In this document: piece after piece, positions 7,915-16,365 of the stretch | Layout: every line of letters begins with the position of its first letter | How positions within the stretch are numbered: the stretch's first letter is position 1 | Virus record (IMG/VR): IMGVR_UViG_3300037851_000932 | Coordinates: 1-32,363 of that record | DNA: 32,363 nt | Strand: one strand, 5' to 3' | Source: a virus | Taxonomy: Duplodnaviria; Caudoviricetes | Notes under the pieces: generated by a model | What the model saw: only the letters and a program-made list of their open reading frames with translations | What the model was told of the DNA's origin: nothing | The model's database searches: none | Position numbers and translations under genes: made by a program

Positions 7915-8065
7915 CTTTTCTCCCTTGGCAAAAATATATATACGCTTTTTTCTACGATGTCGACATCTATCGAGAAAATATTTACAACTACCTCACATCA
8001 TTGAGAATAAATCGTATGCGATCTTATATGTCCGAAATCTATCAATTATCCGCCATTTAGCCAGA
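7915..8065. promoter_or_regulatory. AT-rich divergent promoter region
   Basis: Markedly AT-rich island between the divergent arms. The minus strand has TCGACA-N17-TATATA (7963 to 7935). The 12-bp palindrome GATGTCGACATC (7956-7967) overlaps the putative -35. Confidence 0.6.
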
Positions 8066-8162
8066 TAGCCGCCAAGCCGTGTGCGCAGATCCAGCACGGC
8101 TGGATTTTTTCCACGGATGTGCGGCTTTCAGCGCGACGAGCGCGACGAGCGAGGCACGACCG

Positions 8163-8510
8163 ATGCGATCCCCCGCAGGCACGATCCGATCAAGACCATC
8201 CCACGACACCGATGACGGTTACGCGAGCCCGAAGGGCTCCGCTCGCCGCCTTGTCGTCACCCCGCCGGTTCCTTCATGGACCACATCACAAATCATAGAG
8301 GAACTGCGCGGTTCCATTGGGCAAACTTTGATTCACCTCAGGTCGTGCTCGGTGGCCAAGGAGCGCGCCATCATCATCAGCCACCTTTGCCGCAGCATCG
8401 CCGCCCTTGTGGGCATCGCCGCGATGGACACCGCTGATTTGACCACAATGTCCGACACCGAGCTCGTCGATCTCGGACAAAAGCTGATACGCGACATGGT
8501 GCGCGCATAG
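8163..8510 (+). CDS. Hypothetical protein, possible terminase small subunit
   Basis: First gene of the rightward arm. C-terminal DLTTMSDTEL resembles the DLS.LSDEEL tail common in small terminases. GAGG before ATG 8163. Confidence 0.4.
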   Translation: MRSPAGTIRSRPSHDTDDGYASPKGSARRLVVTPPVPSWTTSQIIEELRGSIGQTLIHLRSCSVAKERAIIISHLCRSIAALVGIAAMDTADLTTMSDTELVDLGQKLIRDMVRA

Positions 8511-8549
8511 GCGACAACAGGGTGCGCATAAGCACCTACATCGTGGAGG

Positions 8550-8786
8550 ATGGCGGTGAGGGTTGTGAACACGAAGCGCGATATGCGGGGATGGATGCTG
8601 GCGCACTGCCCGGATCTGCTGGGTATGCTCGAGGCGTGCGCGACGGCGCGGCGCCTGCGCCGCCGGGACGATCCCACGGCGCCGACCGCCGACCTGGACA
8701 ACAGGGAAAGGGAGTTGTGGACGATGGTCGCGCGAACGCCGGGCTGGGCCGGCACGGCCCGCGTGGATGGAGGAGAGGAGACATGA
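8550..8786 (+). CDS. Hypothetical protein
   Basis: GGAGG near the start. The stop overlaps the next ATG (ATGA 8783-8786). Confidence 0.55.
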   Translation: MAVRVVNTKRDMRGWMLAHCPDLLGMLEACATARRLRRRDDPTAPTADLDNRERELWTMVARTPGWAGTARVDGGEET

Positions 8787-9082
8787 GCGGGAAGTGGAGA
8801 CCATACCAGACGCAGTACACAGCCATCGTGGAGTGCACGAAGAATCTGTGGCTTGTGGTCGAGGACAAGGTCAACGCCATGGTCGGTGTGGTGCCGGTCG
8901 TGGCGTACGGGTGCGAGACGCGCTCGACCGAGTACGGTCGGAGCGACAAATGGGTCCCTCTCGTGCTCGAGCAGTGGGCTCTCGTGGATGCGGAGAGCGT
9001 CCCCGGCGCGATGGGCATCATCATGGGCAGGGGCGGCGAGCCGCCCGACGAGGAGACCATCAGGGGTCTCGTGGAGGAATAA
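8783..9082 (+). CDS. Hypothetical protein (MSGKWRPYQTQY...)
   Basis: Strong GGAGGAGAGGAG RBS and translational coupling. Confidence 0.65.
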   Translation: MSGKWRPYQTQYTAIVECTKNLWLVVEDKVNAMVGVVPVVAYGCETRSTEYGRSDKWVPLVLEQWALVDAESVPGAMGIIMGRGGEPPDEETIRGLVEE

Positions 9083-9083
9083 G

Positions 9084-9302
9084 ATGGAAGGAACAGTTGT
9101 GTGGTTCGACGATCTGAAGGGCTTCGGCTTCATTCGGCCAGCGGAGGAGGGGGACGATGTGTTCGTCCACTTCACGGGCATCGCCCCGCCAGATGGAGGC
9201 GGCAGGCGCAGCCTGCGTCAGGGGCAGACCGTGTCGTACGAGCTCGGCTCGCACGCCGGGCGCACAGTGGCCACGGAGGTTGTGGTCGTGTCGGAGGAGT
9301 AG
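9084..9302 (+). CDS. csp: Cold-shock domain protein (CspA family)
   Basis: MEGTVVWFDDLKGFGFI (RNP1), DVFVHFTGI (RNP2) and SLRQGQTVSYE. 72 aa. GGAGG RBS. Confidence 0.95.
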   Translation: MEGTVVWFDDLKGFGFIRPAEEGDDVFVHFTGIAPPDGGGRRSLRQGQTVSYELGSHAGRTVATEVVVVSEE

Positions 9303-9303
9303 C

Positions 9304-9738
9304 ATGGGTCGCGACCCGGAGATCGCGGTGAGATCGCCCCGCGAGGCGGATTTGCCATGGATCTACAGCACATTTATTCGGTCGCTGGCCAACCAGAAGA
9401 CCTACAGGTCCATTGAGCCGCACCTGCTGTCCGCCATGCTGCACGCCCTATGCACGCGGATACTGTCGCATTGCGCGTGCGTGGTTGCGTGCGACCCGGA
9501 CGATGAGGACCAGGTGTACGGGTACGCGATCGGCGATCAGCGCGACCGTTTGCTGGCGTGGGCGTACACCAAACACGACTTTCGGGGTTTTCATGTGGGG
9601 TCGCGGCTGGTCGAGGCGATGCTCGGTGATCTTGGCGGGGAGCCCGTCGGGCTCCTGCTGGCGACCGGGGCGAGCAGGCACCTGGAGACCAAGTGGCGCC
9701 TGGTGCCTCGTCCGGAGGCCGTGGGGAGAATGAGATGA
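9304..9738 (+). CDS. GNAT-family N-acetyltransferase
   Basis: VRSPREADLPWI...VVACDPDDEDQVYGYAI...WAYTKHDFRGFHVGSRLV contains the acetyl-CoA-binding motif A (R.xG.G-like). GGAGGAG RBS. Confidence 0.75.
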   Translation: MGRDPEIAVRSPREADLPWIYSTFIRSLANQKTYRSIEPHLLSAMLHALCTRILSHCACVVACDPDDEDQVYGYAIGDQRDRLLAWAYTKHDFRGFHVGSRLVEAMLGDLGGEPVGLLLATGASRHLETKWRLVPRPEAVGRMR

Positions 9739-10076
9739 GGCCGCCGGTCGAGTGTGTGCTTGTGAACCACGCGAGGATCGGCCCGCTGGCGGGCATGATC
9801 CGGCAGGCCGACGGCCTGCTCATGGAGTGGGAGGAGAACGGCCGCGGCGTCGTGGTGACGGACACCAGGCAGGGCAACCAGTGGCTCATCCCGTGGACGA
9901 ACATCGCCAGCGTCAAGTTGGGCGAGGAGCCCAAGGCTCCGCCCGCCGGGACCGGCCCCGTGTCGCGCAAGGGCGGCAAACCGAAAGGCAAGCCGGTGGA
10001 GGCGCCGAAGCCGGCGCCGACCGGACCGCAGCCGTGCGACAAAAGGTCGCTGGCGCCGTTGATCGGGCTCAAATGA
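9735..10076 (+). CDS. Hypothetical protein (beta-rich N-terminus, Pro/Lys-rich tail)
   Basis: ATGA coupling on both sides. Contains LIPWTNIASV. Confidence 0.65.
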   Translation: MRPPVECVLVNHARIGPLAGMIRQADGLLMEWEENGRGVVVTDTRQGNQWLIPWTNIASVKLGEEPKAPPAGTGPVSRKGGKPKGKPVEAPKPAPTGPQPCDKRSLAPLIGLK

Positions 10077-11431
10077 ACCTCGTCGATGTGGTCGCGGAGC
10101 TCGGGCGCCGCAGGCGCCGCATCGGGCTCCTGGAGGGTTTGCATCCCGGCCAGCGCAGGATCCTGGACGCCATGGCGTCCAACCGCTTCATCGCCGTCCG
10201 CAGCCCGCGACGCTGGGGAAAAAGCGAGGGCGCGCTTCGCATCGGCCTGTCGGTGGCCGACAGGCTGAACGCCCGCTGCCTCTACCTCTCGCAGTACCGC
10301 ACCAACGCCAAATCCATCGCATGGCCTATAGCCCTGGACCTCAACGAGCGCCTCGGCTGGCAGCCGAACCTGGTGGAACTCGCCCTGCGGGGCGACGGGA
10401 ACCGCGAACTGCTGGTGGCGGGGGCGGATCGCCCCGACCTGGCGCGGCTGCTGCGCGGCTGGAAAAACGCCATTGTCATCCTGGACGAGGCGCAGGACTG
10501 GTCCATCGACCTGAGGTCGTTCATCAACAGCATACTTCGTCACACATTGACCGACCTGCGCGGACACATGATCGTCCTTGGGACACCTGGCTGGCAGGAG
10601 GACGGCTTCTACTGGTCGGCAACGCAGGGGCTTGAGCCCGAGTGGTTTCCGATCATCGGGGGGATGCTGGAGAACCCGCACACGGCGGAGCAGCAGCGCG
10701 AGGAGATGGCGGCCGCGCTGCTGGCCAACCCTTTGGCGGACAGGGAGCCGTGGTGGAAACGCGAGTACCTTGGCCTGTGGGTTGCTGATTCGCGCGCGCT
10801 GGTCTACCCGTTCTCGGACAGGAACATCATCCATGGCTGGGAGAACGCGCCGAGGCGGCGCATATTGGCCGTGGACTGGGGCTCGCAGAGCCCGTCGGCG
10901 TTCGTGGTGGCCGAGTTCGACACGAAGTCCAGCGACAAACTGGACTATGTTGATGCGTTCCAGCAGGCTGGGATGTCGCTGGATGATTACATCCGCGTCG
11001 TGTCCGATTTCCGCGACCGCTGGTCGCCCGTGCTGACGGTGGCGGACCCCGGCGGGACGAACCGCGCCCTCACGGACGAGATCGCGACGCGCTGCCGCGT
11101 GCCCATCCAGAATGCCGAGAAGGTGGACAAGGAGGCCGCGATCGCGGCCATGGTGCGCGACATCAGCCTGGGGACGGTGCGCGTCGCGTCGCCGCAATGC
11201 GAGCCGCTGCTCGACTGCTGGCGCAAGCTGGTGTGGTACAGGCGTCCCGACGGGACGCGCGAGGAGAGGGGCGAGAACCACCTGGCCGATTGCGCCCTGT
11301 ACGCCCGCCGCGCCGCGTGGAACTGGACGCACAAGCCGGCTCCGCCAAGGGAGACCGAGGAGGAGCGGATGTTCAGGGAGGCGCGCGAGCGCGCCGCGAA
11401 GACCTTGAAAAGACAACGCGGTAGGGTCTAA
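10073..11431 (+). CDS. terL: Terminase large subunit
   Basis: LHPGQ adenine-binding motif, Walker A RRWGKS, Walker B IVILDEAQD, coupling motif LGTP, RNase H-like nuclease LAVDWG and C-terminal NHLADCALY. Confidence 0.93.
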   Translation: MNLVDVVAELGRRRRRIGLLEGLHPGQRRILDAMASNRFIAVRSPRRWGKSEGALRIGLSVADRLNARCLYLSQYRTNAKSIAWPIALDLNERLGWQPNLVELALRGDGNRELLVAGADRPDLARLLRGWKNAIVILDEAQDWSIDLRSFINSILRHTLTDLRGHMIVLGTPGWQEDGFYWSATQGLEPEWFPIIGGMLENPHTAEQQREEMAAALLANPLADREPWWKREYLGLWVADSRALVYPFSDRNIIHGWENAPRRRILAVDWGSQSPSAFVVAEFDTKSSDKLDYVDAFQQAGMSLDDYIRVVSDFRDRWSPVLTVADPGGTNRALTDEIATRCRVPIQNAEKVDKEAAIAAMVRDISLGTVRVASPQCEPLLDCWRKLVWYRRPDGTREERGENHLADCALYARRAAWNWTHKPAPPRETEEERMFREARERAAKTLKRQRGRV

Positions 11432-11469
11432 CCTACCAATATTCCTGTATTTGGTGGAGGGATAAGCGC

Positions 11470-13242
11470 ATGTTTGATTGGCTCGACACGCCCGACGACG
11501 AGGTCCACACCGTCCTGGTTCCGATGATCAGGGCGCTGGAGGCGGAGCGCCAGCCGTACATCGACGACCTGAAGCGCTGGGCGGCGTTGTACCGCGACCG
11601 GCCGATCGTTGATTTCTGGCCGGGGCGCTGGCGCAACGAGATCGGCTGGCAGCTCGATGTGCCGTTGTCGTACAACGTGGTGCGGTCCTGCGTCGATACC
11701 CTTCAGAGCAAGATCGCGGTGCACCAGCCGGTGCCGAGGTTCCTGACCTCGGACGCCCTCCAGGAGACGCAGGACAAGGCGCGCTCCATGGAGCGCTACA
11801 CGGAGGGGCTGCTCCGGGCGAGGCACGGGTGGGCGGTGGCGTCCCGCGCGCTGCGCGACGCGCTGCTCTACGGCACGGGGATCGTCAAAATCTATGTCCG
11901 GGACCGCAAGGTCCGCATCGAGCAGGTGCATGTCAGCAGGATCGTGGTTGATGAGCAGGCCTGCCTGTCGGGCGAGTGCCGCGAGATACACCAGCACGAG
12001 ATGGTGTCGCTGGACGAGCTGCGCAAGGCGTGGCCGGACGCCGACATTTCCGGGACCAGGCCGGTCCCGGCCGGCATCAGCGGGCAGTGGGTGCGCGACC
12101 TGGTCGATGTCTTCGAGACATGGACGCTTCCGGCGGCTGGAAGACCTGGCAGGCACGCGATCTGCGTGGACTCGTGCACGCTGTTCTGCGAGGAGTGGAA
12201 ATCCGAGCGCTTCCCGTTCGCCGTGATGCGTCACCAGGATCCGCTGCTCGGATGGTACGGCTCGGGCGTCGGCGACCTGGTCGAGGGCATACAGGTTGAG
12301 ATCAACACGCTGCTGGAGAGGATCCGCCAGAACATGAACCTGCTGGCGGTTCCATACGTGCTGAAGCACGTGTCGTCGTCCATCGTGGACGAGCAGCTTC
12401 TGTCCAACGACACGGCGCGGATGGTGGAGTGGGATGGCACGGTCAAGCCGGAGGTGGTGACGCCGCCGGCGATACACCCGCAGGTTTTCGAGCAGCTTGA
12501 GACGCTGGTGCGCAGGGCGTACGAGATGGTTGGCGTTTCGCAGCTCTCGGCCATGGCGGCGAAGCCGCCAGGGCTGTCGAGCGGCGTGGCGTTGCGGTCG
12601 TACCACGACATCGAGACGCAGCGGTTCAGCCAGTTGGCGCACCAATGGGAGGGCTTCTTCGCCGAGATCGGGATCCTGGTCGTGGACGCGGCGCGCCTTG
12701 CGCGCGAGAAGGTGCGTTGGGCTGGTCCGACGGGCTGGCAGGAGCTGTCCCTGGCCGATATCGGCGCGGACGCGAACGATTTCGAGATCCAGGTGATGCC
12801 CGCCAGCGGGTTGCCGCAGACCCCGGCCGGAAAGCTGGAGCGGGTCGTGGAGATGGCCAACGCCGGCATGGTCGACCAGCGGGAGGCGAGGCGCCTCCTC
12901 GGGATGCCGGACCTGGAGAAGGCCGATCGGTTGGCCAATGCCGCGCTGGACGACATAGACAGGACGATGGAGCACATGCTTCGCACGGGCGAGTATCTAT
13001 CGCCGCTTCCGATGCAGGACCTGGCCTACGGCCTGAAGGCCTGCGCGTCCTACTGGCTGCGCGCCAGGATGGACGGGGAGGACGAGCGCAAGCTCGATTT
13101 GCTGGCGAGATGGATGGCTGAGGCGGCCGACACCCTGAAGCCGCCCGTTCCGCCCGTTCCGCCGATCGCGGCGCCTGCGGCGCCCATGCCACTTCCGCCG
13201 GGGGTGGCTCAACCAGGACCCGGACCTCTTCCGGGGACATAG
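11470..13242 (+). CDS. Portal protein
   Basis: 590 aa directly after terL. NVVRSCVDT, DALLYGTGIVK, WYGSGVGD..EGIQ.EIN and SGVA motifs typical of podovirus-type portals. GGAGG RBS. Confidence 0.85.
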   Translation: MFDWLDTPDDEVHTVLVPMIRALEAERQPYIDDLKRWAALYRDRPIVDFWPGRWRNEIGWQLDVPLSYNVVRSCVDTLQSKIAVHQPVPRFLTSDALQETQDKARSMERYTEGLLRARHGWAVASRALRDALLYGTGIVKIYVRDRKVRIEQVHVSRIVVDEQACLSGECREIHQHEMVSLDELRKAWPDADISGTRPVPAGISGQWVRDLVDVFETWTLPAAGRPGRHAICVDSCTLFCEEWKSERFPFAVMRHQDPLLGWYGSGVGDLVEGIQVEINTLLERIRQNMNLLAVPYVLKHVSSSIVDEQLLSNDTARMVEWDGTVKPEVVTPPAIHPQVFEQLETLVRRAYEMVGVSQLSAMAAKPPGLSSGVALRSYHDIETQRFSQLAHQWEGFFAEIGILVVDAARLAREKVRWAGPTGWQELSLADIGADANDFEIQVMPASGLPQTPAGKLERVVEMANAGMVDQREARRLLGMPDLEKADRLANAALDDIDRTMEHMLRTGEYLSPLPMQDLAYGLKACASYWLRARMDGEDERKLDLLARWMAEAADTLKPPVPPVPPIAAPAAPMPLPPGVAQPGPGPLPGT

Positions 13243-13251
13243 GAGCGAGAC

Positions 13252-14121
13252 ATGGTCGATTCGATGGAAAGCACGCAGGCGCCCGCCCAGGCGGCGGACA
13301 GGATGACGGCGGCAATGGCCGCTTTGGATTCGGTCGAAGCCGCGCCGGTCGAGACGCCGCCGGCTGAGACGCCAGGGACGCAGGAGCCGGAGGCTCCGCC
13401 TGCCGACAAGGAGCCGGAGACCGGCGACCGCGGCGAGCTTTGGCACAGGTTGGCGGAGCGCGACCGCGAGATACGCAGGCTGAAGCAGTCGGCGAAGTCC
13501 GATGTGCGCGAGCTGGCCAGGACCGATCCTCTCGCCGCGTTGCGCGAGCTGGGCATCGGGCTGGATCAGGCGTTCGACCTGCTGGCCGGACAGGCCCGCC
13601 CGATGGAGCCGGAGGCTCCGCAGGACGAAGGCAGCGAGGTTGCTAAACTTCGCGAGCGGCTGGAGAGGTTCGAGCAGGAGCAGCAGCGCAGGGCGCATGA
13701 GGAGGTCGTCTCTCGTGAGCGCGACAAGATTCGCGACCTGGCGGCCAAGGACAGCGAGCGCTGGGAGCTGATCCACTCCCTGACCTCCGAGGGCAGTATC
13801 GAAAAGGTGCTGGAGACGGCGGCCGAGGTGTACAAGCTCACCGGCGAGCTTCCAGGATACGACGTTGTCATGGACACTGTCGAGGAGGACCTGGAGCAGG
13901 TGCTGTCGGAGAGATACGAGAGGATGAACAAGCTGCGCAAGCTGCAGGCGAAGTTCTCGATGGGGAAGAGCATGGGCGAGGCCAAGAGGCTCCTTGAGGA
14001 GCCGACAGCTCCCGCCCCGACGCTTTCCACCGGCATGGCCGGAGGGCCGGCTCCGAGGAGTTTCACCGAACAGGAGAGAATGGCCAAGGCCCTGGCGTTG
14101 CTGGAGGGGAAGGGCGATTGA
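13252..14121 (+). CDS. Capsid scaffolding protein
   Basis: Lies between portal and capsid. Acidic, Pro-rich N-terminus, long coiled coil and short helical C-terminus (TEQERMAKALALL). AGGAG RBS. Confidence 0.75.
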   Translation: MVDSMESTQAPAQAADRMTAAMAALDSVEAAPVETPPAETPGTQEPEAPPADKEPETGDRGELWHRLAERDREIRRLKQSAKSDVRELARTDPLAALRELGIGLDQAFDLLAGQARPMEPEAPQDEGSEVAKLRERLERFEQEQQRRAHEEVVSRERDKIRDLAAKDSERWELIHSLTSEGSIEKVLETAAEVYKLTGELPGYDVVMDTVEEDLEQVLSERYERMNKLRKLQAKFSMGKSMGEAKRLLEEPTAPAPTLSTGMAGGPAPRSFTEQERMAKALALLEGKGD

Positions 14122-14327
14122 CAGGGACCGATGGTCCCGCATGAGCAAGAAAGGCGAAGAAGATGAAAGTGCTGAATACGAGGAAGGATCCGCTCGCGCT
14201 GGCGCGGGCGGTCGAGGCGGCCTTCGATGCTGCCGTGGAGAAGTGGGAGCAAGAAGACCGAGAAGCAATGTCTCCATCATCGGAAGATCCGGGGTCGCGG
14301 ATAGCGAGCCGGACAGGAGACATGACA

Positions 14328-15551
14328 ATGTCGATCACGAAAACCACGCTCGACGCGGTTCTGAAGGAACTGTACGCCGGGCAGGCGGTCCAGGACCTGG
14401 CCTATGACGCCAGCGCCCGCCCGCTGCTCACCATGCTCAAGAAACGCACCGATTTCGGTGGCGTGAACATGCCGCTGCCCGTCATCTACGACGACGTGCA
14501 GGGTCGGTCCTACACCTTCTCGAAGGCGCAGGCCAACATCTCTGGCGGATCGATGATCCAGTTCGCGCTGGACGTCACCCAGAACTACTCGCTCGCCCAG
14601 ATCACCACGGACGCGCTGCTCCGCTCCAGGAACGACAAGGGCGCGTTCCTGAACGGCCTGAAGTTCGCCGTCGACAGCGCGATCAACCGCCTCTCGAACG
14701 ATATCGAGTCGGCCCTGTTCCGCGACGGCACGGGCGCCATCGGCGTCATCGCCAGCCTGTCGGGCGGCAACAAAACCGTGACCCTCGAGAACACCGAGGA
14801 CGTGGTCAACTTCGCCGTCGGCCAGAAGGTCGTGGCCGCCGACACCAAGGCTTCTGCGCTGCGGTCCTCGACAGCCGGCACCGTGTCGGGCGTCGACCGC
14901 GACGCGGGCACCGTGACTTTCTCCCTCACCCTCCCCGCCACATTCGACGGCTATGTGGGTGACTACCTCTTCACCGAGGGCGACTACGACAGTGCGTCGG
15001 ACAAGAACAAGATCTACGGTCTCGACGCCTGGATCCCCTCCACCGCGCCGACCTCCGGCGACTCCTTCTTCGGTGTCGACCGCTCGGCCGACCCGACCCG
15101 CCTGGCAGGCGTTCGCTACACTGGCTCCTCGGCAGCCATCGAGGAAAGCATCGTTGGCGCGGCCGCCCGCCTTGGTCGCGAGTGCGGAGCGATCCCCGAC
15201 ACGGCGCTGATGTCCTTCACGACCTTCCGCAGGCTCGTGAACGAGGTCGGCTCCAAAGTCCAGCGCGACGCTGGCGGGAAGGCCACGATGGGCTTCCAGT
15301 CGCTACAGGTCTACGGACCGCGCGGCGTCGTGAACTGCGTTCCGTGCACTTTCTGCCAAGAGGACGTCATCTGGCTGCTCACCTCCAAGTCGTGGGTGTT
15401 GGTGTCCATGGGTGACGCGGTACAGGTGCTGGAGCAGGACGGCAACAGGATCCTGCGCGTCAGCTCGAGCGACGCGCTCGAGGTCCGCGTAGCGTCCTAC
15501 AGCCAGCTCGGCTGCAGCGCGCCTGGCTGGAACTGCAGGATCGCGCTGTAA
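14328..15551 (+). CDS. Major capsid protein (407 aa; frame is open back to 14163)
   Basis: Follows the scaffold gene. AGGAGA 7 nt before ATG 14328. Strongly C/G-ending codons and a terminator-like hairpin downstream, as expected for the most highly expressed gene. Confidence 0.85.
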   Translation: MSITKTTLDAVLKELYAGQAVQDLAYDASARPLLTMLKKRTDFGGVNMPLPVIYDDVQGRSYTFSKAQANISGGSMIQFALDVTQNYSLAQITTDALLRSRNDKGAFLNGLKFAVDSAINRLSNDIESALFRDGTGAIGVIASLSGGNKTVTLENTEDVVNFAVGQKVVAADTKASALRSSTAGTVSGVDRDAGTVTFSLTLPATFDGYVGDYLFTEGDYDSASDKNKIYGLDAWIPSTAPTSGDSFFGVDRSADPTRLAGVRYTGSSAAIEESIVGAAARLGRECGAIPDTALMSFTTFRRLVNEVGSKVQRDAGGKATMGFQSLQVYGPRGVVNCVPCTFCQEDVIWLLTSKSWVLVSMGDAVQVLEQDGNRILRVSSSDALEVRVASYSQLGCSAPGWNCRIAL

Positions 15552-15587
15552 GCGGCACGACATGGGCGGTGCCGCCCGACAGCCACA

Positions 15588-15616
15588 GGGAAGGGCCCGG
15601 CACCGGGCCTTTTCCC
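15588..15616 (+). terminator. Terminator-like hairpin after the capsid gene
   Basis: GGGAAGGGCCCGG-CA-CCGGGCCTTTTCCC: GC stem followed by TTTT. Confidence 0.65.
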
Positions 15617-15688
15617 GCATCCATGGATTAAACACTTGCGTATGCGAGCATCCATCACTTTCGGATGGGGTCCGTCGGGAGAGCAGAC

Positions 15689-16102
15689 ATGAAACTTCGG
15701 CAGCAATTCCACTATGGCTACAGGTGCGGCGACACATCCATCAGGGGAAAGATTCCTCTTCTGCACGGCGGTGTTGTCGATGATGACAACCTGGCGATTC
15801 CCGGTGTGCGCGATGTCACCAAACTCGGCACCGGCAAATACCGAATCGACCTGAACGAGCGTTTCCTTGGTCTCACGGCTTTCCAGGCGAACATCCAGAA
15901 CGCCGCCACCGACGGGTATGATGTGATCCTTCTCAACGATGAGTTCATCGACGGCGATGAGGGGGTGAATGCCGCAGTCAACCAGCGCGATGGATATTGC
16001 GAGATCCAGGTGATTCAGGCCGACGGCACCGGGGCGGTCAATCTCACCAATGGCACGGCCATCTGGTTCACGCTTGGGGTCAAGACCAGCGAGCAGGGAT
16101 AA
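15689..16102 (+). CDS. Putative virion structural (decoration-type) protein
   Basis: Directly after the capsid gene. Beta-rich, with VTKLGTGKYRIDL. GGGAG RBS. Two DGY motifs. Confidence 0.6.
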   Translation: MKLRQQFHYGYRCGDTSIRGKIPLLHGGVVDDDNLAIPGVRDVTKLGTGKYRIDLNERFLGLTAFQANIQNAATDGYDVILLNDEFIDGDEGVNAAVNQRDGYCEIQVIQADGTGAVNLTNGTAIWFTLGVKTSEQG

Positions 16103-16112
16103 GGGGGCTGAC

Positions 16113-16322
16113 ATGTTCGGAAAACCCGATGAAAAGAAACCAGGCCTGGCGCTGATCATCGCCTCGAAGATGAAGGGGAAGCCGGAAAATGGCGAAACGG
16201 ACGACGATGTCGAGATGGCGAAGGACATCATCGACGCCATCAAGGCAGAGGACGCCGAGAAGCTGGCCAAGCTGCTCGGTGCTTTTGTCGGGATGAGCGC
16301 CAACTGCGGAAGCGAGGACTAG
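16113..16322 (+). CDS. Small helical hypothetical protein
   Basis: AAGGGGG RBS. Contains MAKDIIDAIKAEDAEKLAKLL. Confidence 0.7.
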   Translation: MFGKPDEKKPGLALIIASKMKGKPENGETDDDVEMAKDIIDAIKAEDAEKLAKLLGAFVGMSANCGSED

Positions 16323-16326
16323 GGAG

Positions 16327-16350
16327 CGGGGCCCGTGAGGGCCCCGTTTC
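16327..16350 (+). terminator. Hairpin, weak intrinsic terminator
   Basis: CGGGGCCC-GTGA-GGGCCCCG-TTTC: 8-bp perfect stem, GNRA loop and short U tract. Confidence 0.6.
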
Positions 16351-16365
16351 CACGGAGGCATCCGG

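Noticed and set aside
7203-8060. 285-aa plus-strand ORF across the control region
   Set aside because: It overlaps the better-supported minus-strand RHH and coiled-coil genes and both regulatory regions, and has no recognisable motif.
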